A program made the translations under genes and the position numbers. From the NCBI GenBank assembly GCA_950072105.1, contig CATMOE010000012.1, positions 1 to 64,000 on the forward strand: 64,000 nt of DNA. Reading direction: 5' to 3'. Shown here piece after piece: positions 28,627-37,155 of this stretch. The notes below the pieces were generated by a model. It had not been told where the DNA came from. It made no database searches and saw nothing but the letters and a program-made list of their open reading frames with translations. This DNA is from an uncultured Dehalococcoidia bacterium. GTDB taxonomy: Bacteria; Chloroflexota; Dehalococcoidia; Lucifugimonadales; UBA3495. The number at the start of each line of letters is the position of its first letter. Position 1 is the first letter of the stretch.

Positions 28627-28750
28627 AAGGCGCCGCGGGGGATAATGCTTAACGTTTTTCCGGATTCAACGAGTCCGGCGGTACGATCGAAGTGTATCCG
28701 TCCGCCGTTTTCCGGTCAAAGCCGTCACCGTGAACACGGCCCCGCATCGG

Positions 28751-28780
28751 TTGACAAAGATAGGTGCAGGTAGCTAATAT
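28751..28780 (+). promoter_or_regulatory. Candidate sigma70 promoter for the DUF1800 operon
   Basis: TTGACA-18 bp-TAATAT, about 80 bp upstream of the start. Confidence 0.45.
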
Positions 28781-28858
28781 TTGTGAAGCTCCGGTCTTGT
28801 TTACCGAGGCCGATGTTTAACGACCAAAATCCCATCTTCTTAAAGGAGCCTAGAAACA

Positions 28859-30265
28859 ATGGGTAATAACGATCTAGCACTGATGGCCCACCTGATGCGC
28901 CGGGCCGGTTTCGGCGCCTCCAGAGACGAACTGGAGGCCCGCGCGGCCAAAGGCTACGAGGAAACAGTAGAAGAACTTCTGAATCCCGAAGCCCAGGAAC
29001 CGACCGACCGCATTGAAATGATGCGGTATCATCCCTGGACCTGGCGTCCGGGTACTCTGCCTGGTATGGGCGCAGCCGAATGGATGCGCGACTTGCTCAA
29101 CACCAAGCGGCCCCTCGAAGAGAAGATGGCCCTGTTCTGGCATCAAGTCTTCGCCACCGGCGTCTCAAAAGTGGACCATTACGACGATGTAATGGACATG
29201 ATCGTCAAGTTCCGGAAGTACGGCTTGAGTAACTACCGGGACCTGCTTCTGGAAATGGCCAAAGATCCGGCCATGATCTACTGGCTGGACAACTGCGACA
29301 ACCACGCAACCGCGGTCAACGAAAACTGGGGCCGTGAACTTCTGGAGTTGTTCAGCATGGGCGTGGGGAACTACACCGAAGTAGACGTTCGGGAGTGTTC
29401 CCGGGCCTTCACCGGCTGGACCATCAAGCCCAAGCTGCCCAGAGGACCCATCGGCCGGTTCGACTGGTTCTTTGAGTTCCGGGAAGAGGACCACGACGAC
29501 GGCGAGAAGACCTTCCTGGGAGAAACCGGCAACTTCGACGGCGAAGACATCATCGACATCATCTGCCAGCAGCCGGCGACTGCCGGGTTCATCTGCCGGC
29601 ACCTATATAGCTTCTTCGTGGCCGACGAGGCCCAGGTCCCGGCGTGGGGCGTGACTCCTCCCAGGGACGAAGCCGCCATCGATCTGATGGTTGATACCTT
29701 CATTGAGTCCGGCTACGACATCCGGTCGGTGCTGCGAGTCATGTTCAACTCCGACTTCTTCAAAGAAGCCCGGTTCGCCCGGCTGAAGAGCCCCACCGAG
29801 GTTGTCGTGAGTACGTTGCGAATGGTGGGAGGCAGCACCCAGTTCCCCGCCCCCGGTATCGGCGACCTGTCCCGCCAACCCAACTACATGGGACAAGACC
29901 TGCTCAACCCGCCCAGCGTGGAAGGTTGGCACACCGGCGCCGAGTGGATCAACAGTGGCTCACTGATGCGCCGCGTAAACTTCGCCGCCGAACTGGTTGG
30001 CGACACGAGCAATCCCGGTGTCCAATCAATGATATCCCGGCTCCATGCCCAGGATGCCCGTACTCCGGAACAACTGGTAGACGGCTGTCTGGACCTGCTG
30101 GGCCCATTGGAAGTAGCCCCGGAGAGCCGGACCGAGCTGATAGAGTTCGCCGCCGAACATGGCGAGTTCAAATGGGATACCGCGGAGGCCCAGACAACCT
30201 CCAGCGAGAGGATCGGAGAATTGCTCCAGCTCATCGTTTCGTTGAGAGAGTTCCAATACGCCTAG
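28859..30265 (+). CDS. DUF1800 family protein
   Basis: AHLMRRAGFG, EKMALFWH, DPAMIYWLDN, NENWGRELLELFSMG and PPSVEGW motifs. Confidence 0.92.
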   Translation: MGNNDLALMAHLMRRAGFGASRDELEARAAKGYEETVEELLNPEAQEPTDRIEMMRYHPWTWRPGTLPGMGAAEWMRDLLNTKRPLEEKMALFWHQVFATGVSKVDHYDDVMDMIVKFRKYGLSNYRDLLLEMAKDPAMIYWLDNCDNHATAVNENWGRELLELFSMGVGNYTEVDVRECSRAFTGWTIKPKLPRGPIGRFDWFFEFREEDHDDGEKTFLGETGNFDGEDIIDIICQQPATAGFICRHLYSFFVADEAQVPAWGVTPPRDEAAIDLMVDTFIESGYDIRSVLRVMFNSDFFKEARFARLKSPTEVVVSTLRMVGGSTQFPAPGIGDLSRQPNYMGQDLLNPPSVEGWHTGAEWINSGSLMRRVNFAAELVGDTSNPGVQSMISRLHAQDARTPEQLVDGCLDLLGPLEVAPESRTELIEFAAEHGEFKWDTAEAQTTSSERIGELLQLIVSLREFQYA

Positions 30266-30299
30266 CCGAAACTCAATCTGAAATGCGTGAATCAGAACG

Positions 30300-30382
30300 C
30301 ACCCCCCATCCTAACCTTCCCCCGCAAGGGGGGAAGAGACTTGTCCTCGCCCCCTTCACGGGGGAGAGTCAGAGAGGGGGTG
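30300..30382. repeat. REP-like cloverleaf palindrome
   Basis: Outer ACCCCC/GGGGGT enclosing hairpins TTCCCCC-GCAA-GGGGGGAA and CCCCC-TTCAC-GGGGG. Confidence 0.7.
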
Positions 30383-30437
30383 ACGGTCCGCAGCAACAAA
30401 ACCGTCTCGAAAGTCATAACCAGCCAGGAGAGAAGAA

Positions 30438-31568
30438 ATGACCAGTTCTAAGAAAGACCCGGTCCTGGTAGTCCTCCAGTTGACCGGAGGTAACGATTAC
30501 CTGAACACGGTAATCCCTTACTCCAACCCTCTATACCGGGACAACCGTCCCGCGGTTGGCGTGGCGGAAGGCCGAGAACTCCAACTGGACGATAAAGTAG
30601 GCTTCCACCCGGAGATGGCGCCCATCAAGAACCTGTACGACAAGGGTCAAGTGGCCGTCATCCACGGCGTCGGCTACCCCGATTCGCCCAGGTCCCACTT
30701 CCGGTCCATGGACATCTGGCACACCTGCGAGCCGGACAAGCTGGGTACCGAGGGTTGGTTGGGACGGGCCACCAAAGACATCGACCCGAATAAAGAAAAC
30801 GTTCTAACCACCGTCAGCTTCGGCGCGGCCCTGTTCCGCGCCCTGGTCATGCCCGGTGTGCCAGTTGCTTGTGTGGACGATCTGGACTCTTACGGGTTGC
30901 TTCCCGGAATCACCGAGAAACAGCAACGCACCAAGATTCTGGACCGGTTCGCCCGGTTGTACTCCCCAGTCATGGGCTCCAGCAGTGTCATGGACTACTT
31001 AGGTCAGACCGGACTGGATACTCTTGAAGGAGCCGACATCCTGAAGGAAGCTCCCAAGATGTATTCCTCCACCGTCGAGTACCCCGACACTTCCATCGGC
31101 GCGAAGCTCAGGGGAATCTCCCAGATCCACCAGGCCGGATTCGGGACCCGCATCCTATATTGCGACCACGGCAGCTTCGATAGCCACTCCAACCAGGTTG
31201 GCATGCATGACAAGCTGTGGAAAGACGTTTCGGAAGCCGTCGAGTGTTTCTTCGACGATCTGAAAGAGCATGACGCCGCCGATAACGTGGTAATGCTCAT
31301 GTTCACCGAGTTCGGCCGACGGGTCCACGACAACGGTTCCGGCACCGACCACGGCGCTGGCGGAGCGGCCTTCGTCATCGGCGACGCGGTCAACGGCGGA
31401 CAGTACAGCGAATACCCGTCCTTGGAATCCAACCAGTTGGAGCAGGGCGACGTCGTCCCCAACCATGACTTCCGCAGCATCTACTCAGTACTCTTGGAAG
31501 ACTGGATGGGCCTGGACGCCAAACCCATAGTCGAAGGCTCCTTCGAAAAGCTACCCTTCCTGGGCTAA
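30438..31568 (+). CDS. DUF1501 family protein (no signal peptide)
   Basis: LQLTGGNDYLN, RSHFRS, FDSH and TEFGRR...NGSGTDHG motifs. Confidence 0.92.
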   Translation: MTSSKKDPVLVVLQLTGGNDYLNTVIPYSNPLYRDNRPAVGVAEGRELQLDDKVGFHPEMAPIKNLYDKGQVAVIHGVGYPDSPRSHFRSMDIWHTCEPDKLGTEGWLGRATKDIDPNKENVLTTVSFGAALFRALVMPGVPVACVDDLDSYGLLPGITEKQQRTKILDRFARLYSPVMGSSSVMDYLGQTGLDTLEGADILKEAPKMYSSTVEYPDTSIGAKLRGISQIHQAGFGTRILYCDHGSFDSHSNQVGMHDKLWKDVSEAVECFFDDLKEHDAADNVVMLMFTEFGRRVHDNGSGTDHGAGGAAFVIGDAVNGGQYSEYPSLESNQLEQGDVVPNHDFRSIYSVLLEDWMGLDAKPIVEGSFEKLPFLG

Positions 31569-31593
31569 TAGACACGTCAAAATAAACCTCTTG

Positions 31594-31630
31594 AAATCCC
31601 CCTTTCGTCAAGGGGGATTTAAGGGGATTT
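31594..31630. repeat. REP-like perfect hairpin
   Basis: AAATCCCCCTT-tcgtc-AAGGGGGATTT followed by a second AAGGGGATTT. Confidence 0.7.
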
Positions 31631-31647
31631 CCAATGGAGGAATTCAG

Positions 31648-32712
31648 ATGCTAACTGAAACGGTCGCGGGCCGTACTTATGACTACAGCCACAGCGTGGG
31701 CCGGGGCTCCCAAACCGGCATGGGATTCTCTAATCCCGTGGCAGCGGCGATCGGCAAGGACGATGTCCTATTTGTCGTAAACCGGGGAAGCGAAGGCATC
31801 AGCAACGTTGCTTGGAACCGCACCGGGTACGGCGCCCGGGTAAGTCAGATCAAACTTGGGGCCAACGCCGGCGAAGAACAGTTCATCGGTGAATTCAGCA
31901 AATACGGCAACGGCAACGGCGAATATATCTGGGGTTCCGGCGTCGCCGCCGACGATCAGGGTAATCTGTTCGTCGTAGACGAGTGGCTCAACCGGGTTAC
32001 CGTATTCGACCAAGACGGCAACTACCAGCGGGATTGGAGCACGGTAGTCAGCGACGAGACCGGACCCAATGGCGCCTCCGGCATCGCCATCGACGGCGAA
32101 GGCAACCTGTTCGTCACCGACGGCCGGAGCCACACGGTCAAGAGGTTCACTCCCGAAGGAAAACTTATAGCCAGTTGGGGAACCCACGGCAGCGCCGAGG
32201 GCGAGTTGGACTCACCCTGGGGCATCACCGTCGACCACGAAGGCTTCGTCTATGTGGCTGACTTCAAGAACCATCGGGTGCAAAAATTCACCGCTGACGG
32301 CAACTTTGTCGCCCAGTTCGGCAGCCACGGTACCCACCGCGGCCAGTTGAACTATCCAAACAGCGTCGCGGTTGACCCTGAGGGCGACGTCTACATCTGC
32401 GACTGGAGCGAGAACGGTTGGGAACAGGGCCGGGTACACATATTCGAGAAAGACGGCCACTTCCTCACCAGCCTTACCGGCGACGCCCAACAACTGTCCC
32501 TGTGGGCACAGATGACTGTTGACGCCAATGACGACTATGGCAAGCGCAGGCGTGAAGTCGCCAGCACCGAGCCGGAATGGCGGTTCGCTCAACCCACGGC
32601 GGTGGTGTACGACGCCAAGAACGGACGGCTGGTCGTAGCCGACACTCAACGCAGCCGGTTTCAGATCTACGACAAACAGGCTACGTATTTGGTTCCACAG
32701 CTTAATCTCTGA
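31648..32712 (+). CDS. NHL-repeat beta-propeller protein
   Basis: Repeats such as PWGITVDHEGFVYVADFKNHRVQKF and PNSVAVDPEGDVY; GGAGG RBS. Confidence 0.9.
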   Translation: MLTETVAGRTYDYSHSVGRGSQTGMGFSNPVAAAIGKDDVLFVVNRGSEGISNVAWNRTGYGARVSQIKLGANAGEEQFIGEFSKYGNGNGEYIWGSGVAADDQGNLFVVDEWLNRVTVFDQDGNYQRDWSTVVSDETGPNGASGIAIDGEGNLFVTDGRSHTVKRFTPEGKLIASWGTHGSAEGELDSPWGITVDHEGFVYVADFKNHRVQKFTADGNFVAQFGSHGTHRGQLNYPNSVAVDPEGDVYICDWSENGWEQGRVHIFEKDGHFLTSLTGDAQQLSLWAQMTVDANDDYGKRRREVASTEPEWRFAQPTAVVYDAKNGRLVVADTQRSRFQIYDKQATYLVPQLNL

Positions 32713-32814
32713 TCCGGGATTACCGCGGATTCGGGGTTAAAACCGAGTGATATAGAACGTGGTTGGGCAGCTAGCTATCCAGCCACGTTCTTATGTTGAG
32801 AGCAAGGCCGATTT

Positions 32815-33138
32815 ATGGATCCCTTGATGGAGGAAGAGTTTCTCCAACTGGCAACAGAGCATCCGGATATCCTGTGCTCCGAGGCGCCGTTGGAAATATT
32901 AGAGGAATCGGCGTCGGAAGCCGAGCCAACCCGGTATCTAGAGGAGTTTTTCGCCACCGGGTATACCGCTTGGCTGTCCAAAAAGCATGGCCGGAGAATA
33001 CGTCTCCCCAAAGAAATGATTGATCGCGCCATCTTAGTCCTCTGGTTCAGGGCCTCTTTGCTCAATACCAGCCGCATGATGGGCCAACCCAATAACGACG
33101 ACGACTTACCATTTTTCTCTGACGAAGACCTTTATTAA
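32815..33138 (+). CDS. Hypothetical acidic protein
   Basis: 107-aa ORF, co-oriented with its neighbours and filling the gap between them. Confidence 0.65.
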   Translation: MDPLMEEEFLQLATEHPDILCSEAPLEILEESASEAEPTRYLEEFFATGYTAWLSKKHGRRIRLPKEMIDRAILVLWFRASLLNTSRMMGQPNNDDDLPFFSDEDLY

Positions 33139-33197
33139 GCAGCTGGATATCACTGCCCGCGATTGAACCCACCCAGAACCGCCAGGAGGATCCTGCC

Positions 33198-34397
33198 TTG
33201 ACCACATCCAAACCCTTCAACTACGAGAGTCTATTCGCCGAGAACGTCCCGGTCACCACCCGTACCGCCGCTCCTAGAACGAAGTACGACTTCGCGGTGG
33301 CGTATCCCGCGCCCGAAACCCTTCCACTGAATGAGCTGGCTGAGTCATTGAAAGATGCCCTGGCCCGGGAGGGTGACGAGCTCGCCTACTATCCCCATCC
33401 GGCTGGCATGCCCGCCTTGCGTGAGTTCGTGGCCGACAAACTAGCCCGGGACCGGGACATCCACGTCACCTCCGATGAGATCGTCCTCACTTCCGGCTCC
33501 GGTGAAGCCATCGGTATGTTGATCCAGGCGATGACAAACCAGGGAGACGTGCTCCTGACCGAGGAGTTCGTGTACCTGGGGACGCTGCGCCAGATGCGAC
33601 GCTACGGCGCCGAGGTTGTCGGGATCAAGTGCGACGATCAGGGCATGATTCCCGGCGACCTGGACACGACGATAAATCGTCTGCAGGGTGAGGGGAAAAC
33701 AATAAAATTCCTCTACACCATTCCGGCGTTCCAGAACCCGCAGGGATTTACCATGCCCCTGGAACGGCGGCAACAGATCCTCGACATCGCCCAAAAATAT
33801 ACCCTACCCATCTTTGAAGACGACTGTTATGTAGACCTACGATTCGAAGGCGAAGACGTAACCTCTATCCATGCCCTGGCCGGCGGCGATGGGGTCCTGT
33901 ACACCGGGTCCTTTTCCAAGATCGTCGCGCCGGGCATGCGCTTGGGATACCTGGTGGCGCCGGAACAGGTGATGCAGCGGGCGATGAGCTTTAAATCGCC
34001 CAGCGGGGTCAACCAGTTCGCGGCGCTGGCGATCGAGGAATTCCTGAAGCGGGACATGTACTCCCACATCGGTGATCAGAACGAAACGTTGCGGATAAAA
34101 CGAGACGCCATGCTGGCCGCCCTGGGCGAGAACTTCGGTGACTCCGCCAAGTGGAGCGTGCCGGAGGGCGGGCTTTACATCTGGCTGGAGATGCCCGAAG
34201 GCGTCGACCTGGCCGCCATCCAAGAGCTGGCGTTCAACGAAGGGGTTGGGTATTACAACGGGACCCAGTTCTCTCCGGATGGCCGGGGCGCCAACCAAGC
34301 CCGATTATGCTTTGGCCACCCAACTCCCGAGATTATTTCAGAAGGCATTGCCGAACTGGCCCGCATCTTTACCAAGCACGGTGTGATGGGCGGTTAA
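33198..34397 (+). CDS. PLP-dependent aminotransferase (MocR/LysN-type, no HTH)
   Basis: FQNPQG, EDDCY, GSFSKIVAPGMRLG and PEGGLYIW motifs. Confidence 0.92.
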   Translation: MTTSKPFNYESLFAENVPVTTRTAAPRTKYDFAVAYPAPETLPLNELAESLKDALAREGDELAYYPHPAGMPALREFVADKLARDRDIHVTSDEIVLTSGSGEAIGMLIQAMTNQGDVLLTEEFVYLGTLRQMRRYGAEVVGIKCDDQGMIPGDLDTTINRLQGEGKTIKFLYTIPAFQNPQGFTMPLERRQQILDIAQKYTLPIFEDDCYVDLRFEGEDVTSIHALAGGDGVLYTGSFSKIVAPGMRLGYLVAPEQVMQRAMSFKSPSGVNQFAALAIEEFLKRDMYSHIGDQNETLRIKRDAMLAALGENFGDSAKWSVPEGGLYIWLEMPEGVDLAAIQELAFNEGVGYYNGTQFSPDGRGANQARLCFGHPTPEIISEGIAELARIFTKHGVMGG

Positions 34398-34430
34398 CGG
34401 CGATATACTTCAACCCTAGAAAGCCCAGCC

Positions 34431-34472
34431 AAAAAGAAAGAGGCCCCGCTTCAATCGGGGCCTCTCTTTTTT
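34431..34472. terminator. Bidirectional intrinsic terminator
   Basis: AAAAAGAAAGAGGCCCCG-cttcaat-CGGGGCCTCTCTTTTTT between convergent genes. Confidence 0.85.
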
Positions 34473-34474
34473 AC

Positions 34475-34500
34475 CCGTTCGTCCTGAGCTTGTCGAAGGA
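34475..34500. repeat. REP-like element CCGTTCGTCCTGAGCTTGTCGAAGGA
   Basis: Matches a recurrent intergenic palindromic repeat type (recognised from memory); only one copy in the window. Confidence 0.45.
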
Positions 34501-34535
34501 CAGTGCGCGATGACTCCTCAACTCTGGTAACAAAC

Positions 34536-34799
34536 CTATGGGGTCAGGTCCATAGCCTCGACCACCCTGGTGAAAGGTATGTTGGCCGCCTGGTTTACTT
34601 CCTCGACCAGCTGGGGACTTGAAGCCTCGAATAGGCACATCACGCGGGACTCACCGGGGATATAGGTGCTCCGTATATAGCGCACCTGCTTGCCCTGACT
34701 GGTGAACTTTTCACTGGTCTCGATGGCCGACTTTTGAGCGCCGCCCAACTGCTCCAGAGTGATTCCAGGAAGGTCCCGCTCAACCATATAAACAGTCAT
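34536..34799 (-). CDS. DUF4242 (SCO4226-like) small protein
   Basis: YMVERDLPG...VRYIRS...MCLFEA...NIPF; GGAGG RBS. Confidence 0.85.
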   Translation of the reverse strand: MTVYMVERDLPGITLEQLGGAQKSAIETSEKFTSQGKQVRYIRSTYIPGESRVMCLFEASSPQLVEEVNQAANIPFTRVVEAMDLTP

Positions 34800-35032
34800 G
34801 ATGTAAGCCTCCATATCTAGATTCGGTATGGCTACATTTAACCGCCCATCGGTCTGGGGTTCATCGGTATATCTTCCCAATTTTTGCCACCCAACTTCCC
34901 ATACCTACCCCACGGCACTTCATACAGGGATCAGAGAAATATCGATTGGGATAGGCAAATGTTCCCATCGGAAGGTTTCTTACCCTTGGAAGAACTATCG
35001 GCGAATCTAGGCGTTTGGCCGAACGATGGGAA

Positions 35033-36668
35033 TCACAATCGGATGCGGTCGGCGTAGGCTGCTGCCTCGGTCCGGTTGGAAGAGTCCGTTTTGCTCAGGA
35101 TGCTGGTCACGTGGTGAGCGACGGTACGGACACTGATGAACAACTCGTCGGCGATCTCCTGGTTGCTCCGGCCGGCCGCTATTAGCCGGAGAACTTCCGA
35201 TTCACGCTGACTAAGGCCGGCCAAGCTGGCGGCGTCCGGACCCTCCGATTCCGTCTGCTGTTTCATCGCGGCAACCCATTCGGGCGGGGCCAATTCGTAG
35301 GCCATCCGAAACTGCTCCTCAGCCTCGGATTCAGCTCCTCGAGCCTTCAGTAAAAGACCGTAGTTGTAATGCGTCTCGGGACCCTCGGGCCGCAATCGTA
35401 GCGCTTCCGCATAGTGATCCGCGGCCCCTTCTAGGTCACTCTGGGAATGCAAAAGTATCGCCAGATTGGTGTGTGCTTCAGGGTAGTCGGGCCGTAGCCG
35501 CAAAGCCTCAATGTAGTGGGGCTCAGCGCCCGCTTGGTCCCCTTGGTTTTCTTGCAGAATGGCGTAATTATAATGGGCTTCCGGGTAATCCGGGCGGATA
35601 CGTAGCGCCTCCAGGTAATGCGCGTGAGCGTCGCCGGGTCTCTCCGTGTCCTCCAGCAACATGGCGTAGTTGTTATGAACCTCGGCGTATTCAGGCCGCA
35701 GGCGCAACGCTTCCGAATAATGTGATTCGGCCTCGACTAATTGTCCGCTGGCCCGGAGCAGGTTGGCATAGCTATAGTGCGCGTCCACGTTTTCGGCCCG
35801 AGAGGCAAGAGCCTGACGGTAGTGGTCCGCAGCGCCTTGGTGGCTTCCCCTCGATTGGAGCAACACGGCGTAGTTGTAATGCGCCTCGGGATATTCCGGA
35901 CGTAGCCGTAACGCTTCTCGATAATGCTGGGCGGCGGCGGCTTCGTCCCCTTGCGCTTTCCTAAGGATCGCCATGTTATTGTGGGCTTCCGGGTAGTCCG
36001 TCCTCAGCCGCAGCGCCTCTTGGTAGCAGCGAGCCTCTTCTTCGCTGTTCTCCCGCTCGGTACCTATCAAGCTGAGTGCTCTAAGCAGCCAAGTCTCGGC
36101 GGGTTGGGGCCCGTTCCGATCGCGACGCCGGCGCCGCCTCGTTGAAGCCCGTCACCCGGTATAGCGTCCGATGGGGCAAGAGGTCGCCTTGCAACGTCTG
36201 GCTTCCCATCTCTTCAAAGTCGTAAAGAGGCAGGTCCGCCACATCCAAGACATTACCCGTCGTATAAACTTCGTCCAAACCGGCGGCTTCGGCCACGGGC
36301 CTGGCCAAGTCTACCCCCCGGCCTACCCATCCCTCCCCTGTCTGCAACTGGATGCATTCACCGAAACAACATCCCACACGGATAGGCATATGGGGAGTCT
36401 CAGACAAGGCTGGAGTTGACTGGTTGTGGAGCCGCCAGGCTTCAACGAGTCTAAGAGCATACTGAAGGGCGGCGTCAGGACTCTCGAACAAGAACATGTG
36501 GCCTTCCGAAGCGAAGGCACTGTGTAGACTGCCGTACTGGCCCGCCATGGACTCGGCCAGGTATTTGTACTCGCCCAACAATACGGCGATACGGTCCCTG
36601 GGCAACCTGGCGGCTTCTAGCGGAGACCGGTGGAGCCGGGTTGAGATAACCGCGAAGTATGGACCCAT
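35033..36668 (-). pseudogene. Class III cyclase-like domain + TPR array + LuxR HTH regulator, split by a one-base frameshift near 36101-36109
   Basis: ORF 36081-36668 (EGHMFLF, IRVGCCFGE, GRGVDLARPV) and ORF 35033-36070 (7 TPRs, LSQRESEVL...SNQEIA...TVAHHV) join into 544 aa if one C is removed, restoring the TPR '[11 protein letters not shown]'. Confidence 0.75.
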
Positions 36669-36723
36669 ATAAGCCCCTCAGGACTGGGCGTGGATGAGGC
36701 GGCTCCCGCAAGGGCGGCCAGGG

Positions 36724-36999
36724 CTAACTAAGTTCATCCGCCGAAACGTGAAAACCTTCGGTGATCGATATGTAAGGAAGTCCCGCTTCATCGTTCGCCC
36801 GCTGAACCACATCCGGCGACATAGCCTCGAACAAACAATAACACTTGTCCTCGCCGGGAACAAAAAACGACCTCAGGTACCTGACGGGCGTGCCTTCGCT
36901 AGTCATCTTTCCGGTAGCCATTTTGGCCAAGGAAGCCGCGGCCGCCAGCTTTTCTTTGTCAAAGCCGGGCAAGTGCCGCTCAACGATATAGTTAGGCAT
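36724..36999 (-). CDS. DUF4242 (SCO4226-like) small protein
   Basis: YIVERHLPG...VRYLRS...CYCLFEA...GLPY; paralog of 34536-34799. Confidence 0.85.
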   Translation of the reverse strand: MPNYIVERHLPGFDKEKLAAAASLAKMATGKMTSEGTPVRYLRSFFVPGEDKCYCLFEAMSPDVVQRANDEAGLPYISITEGFHVSADELS

Positions 37000-37095
37000 G
37001 TTACCCTCCGTCTGCTCAGGCGATTTTTGCCAAGCAGAGCAAGAAGATTATACAGTGTCTTAGCCCATTGGCATCAACCCGATGCTTGGCGGTTC

Positions 37096-37155
37096 GCCCT
37101 CACCCCGCCCTGCAGGCGCCCCTTACCCTCGAGCAGAGGGGCCGACGGTGAGGGC
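37096..37155. repeat. REP-like palindrome
   Basis: GCCCTCACC (37096) / GGTGAGGGC (37147) perfect 9-bp arms with internal hairpins. Confidence 0.55.
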
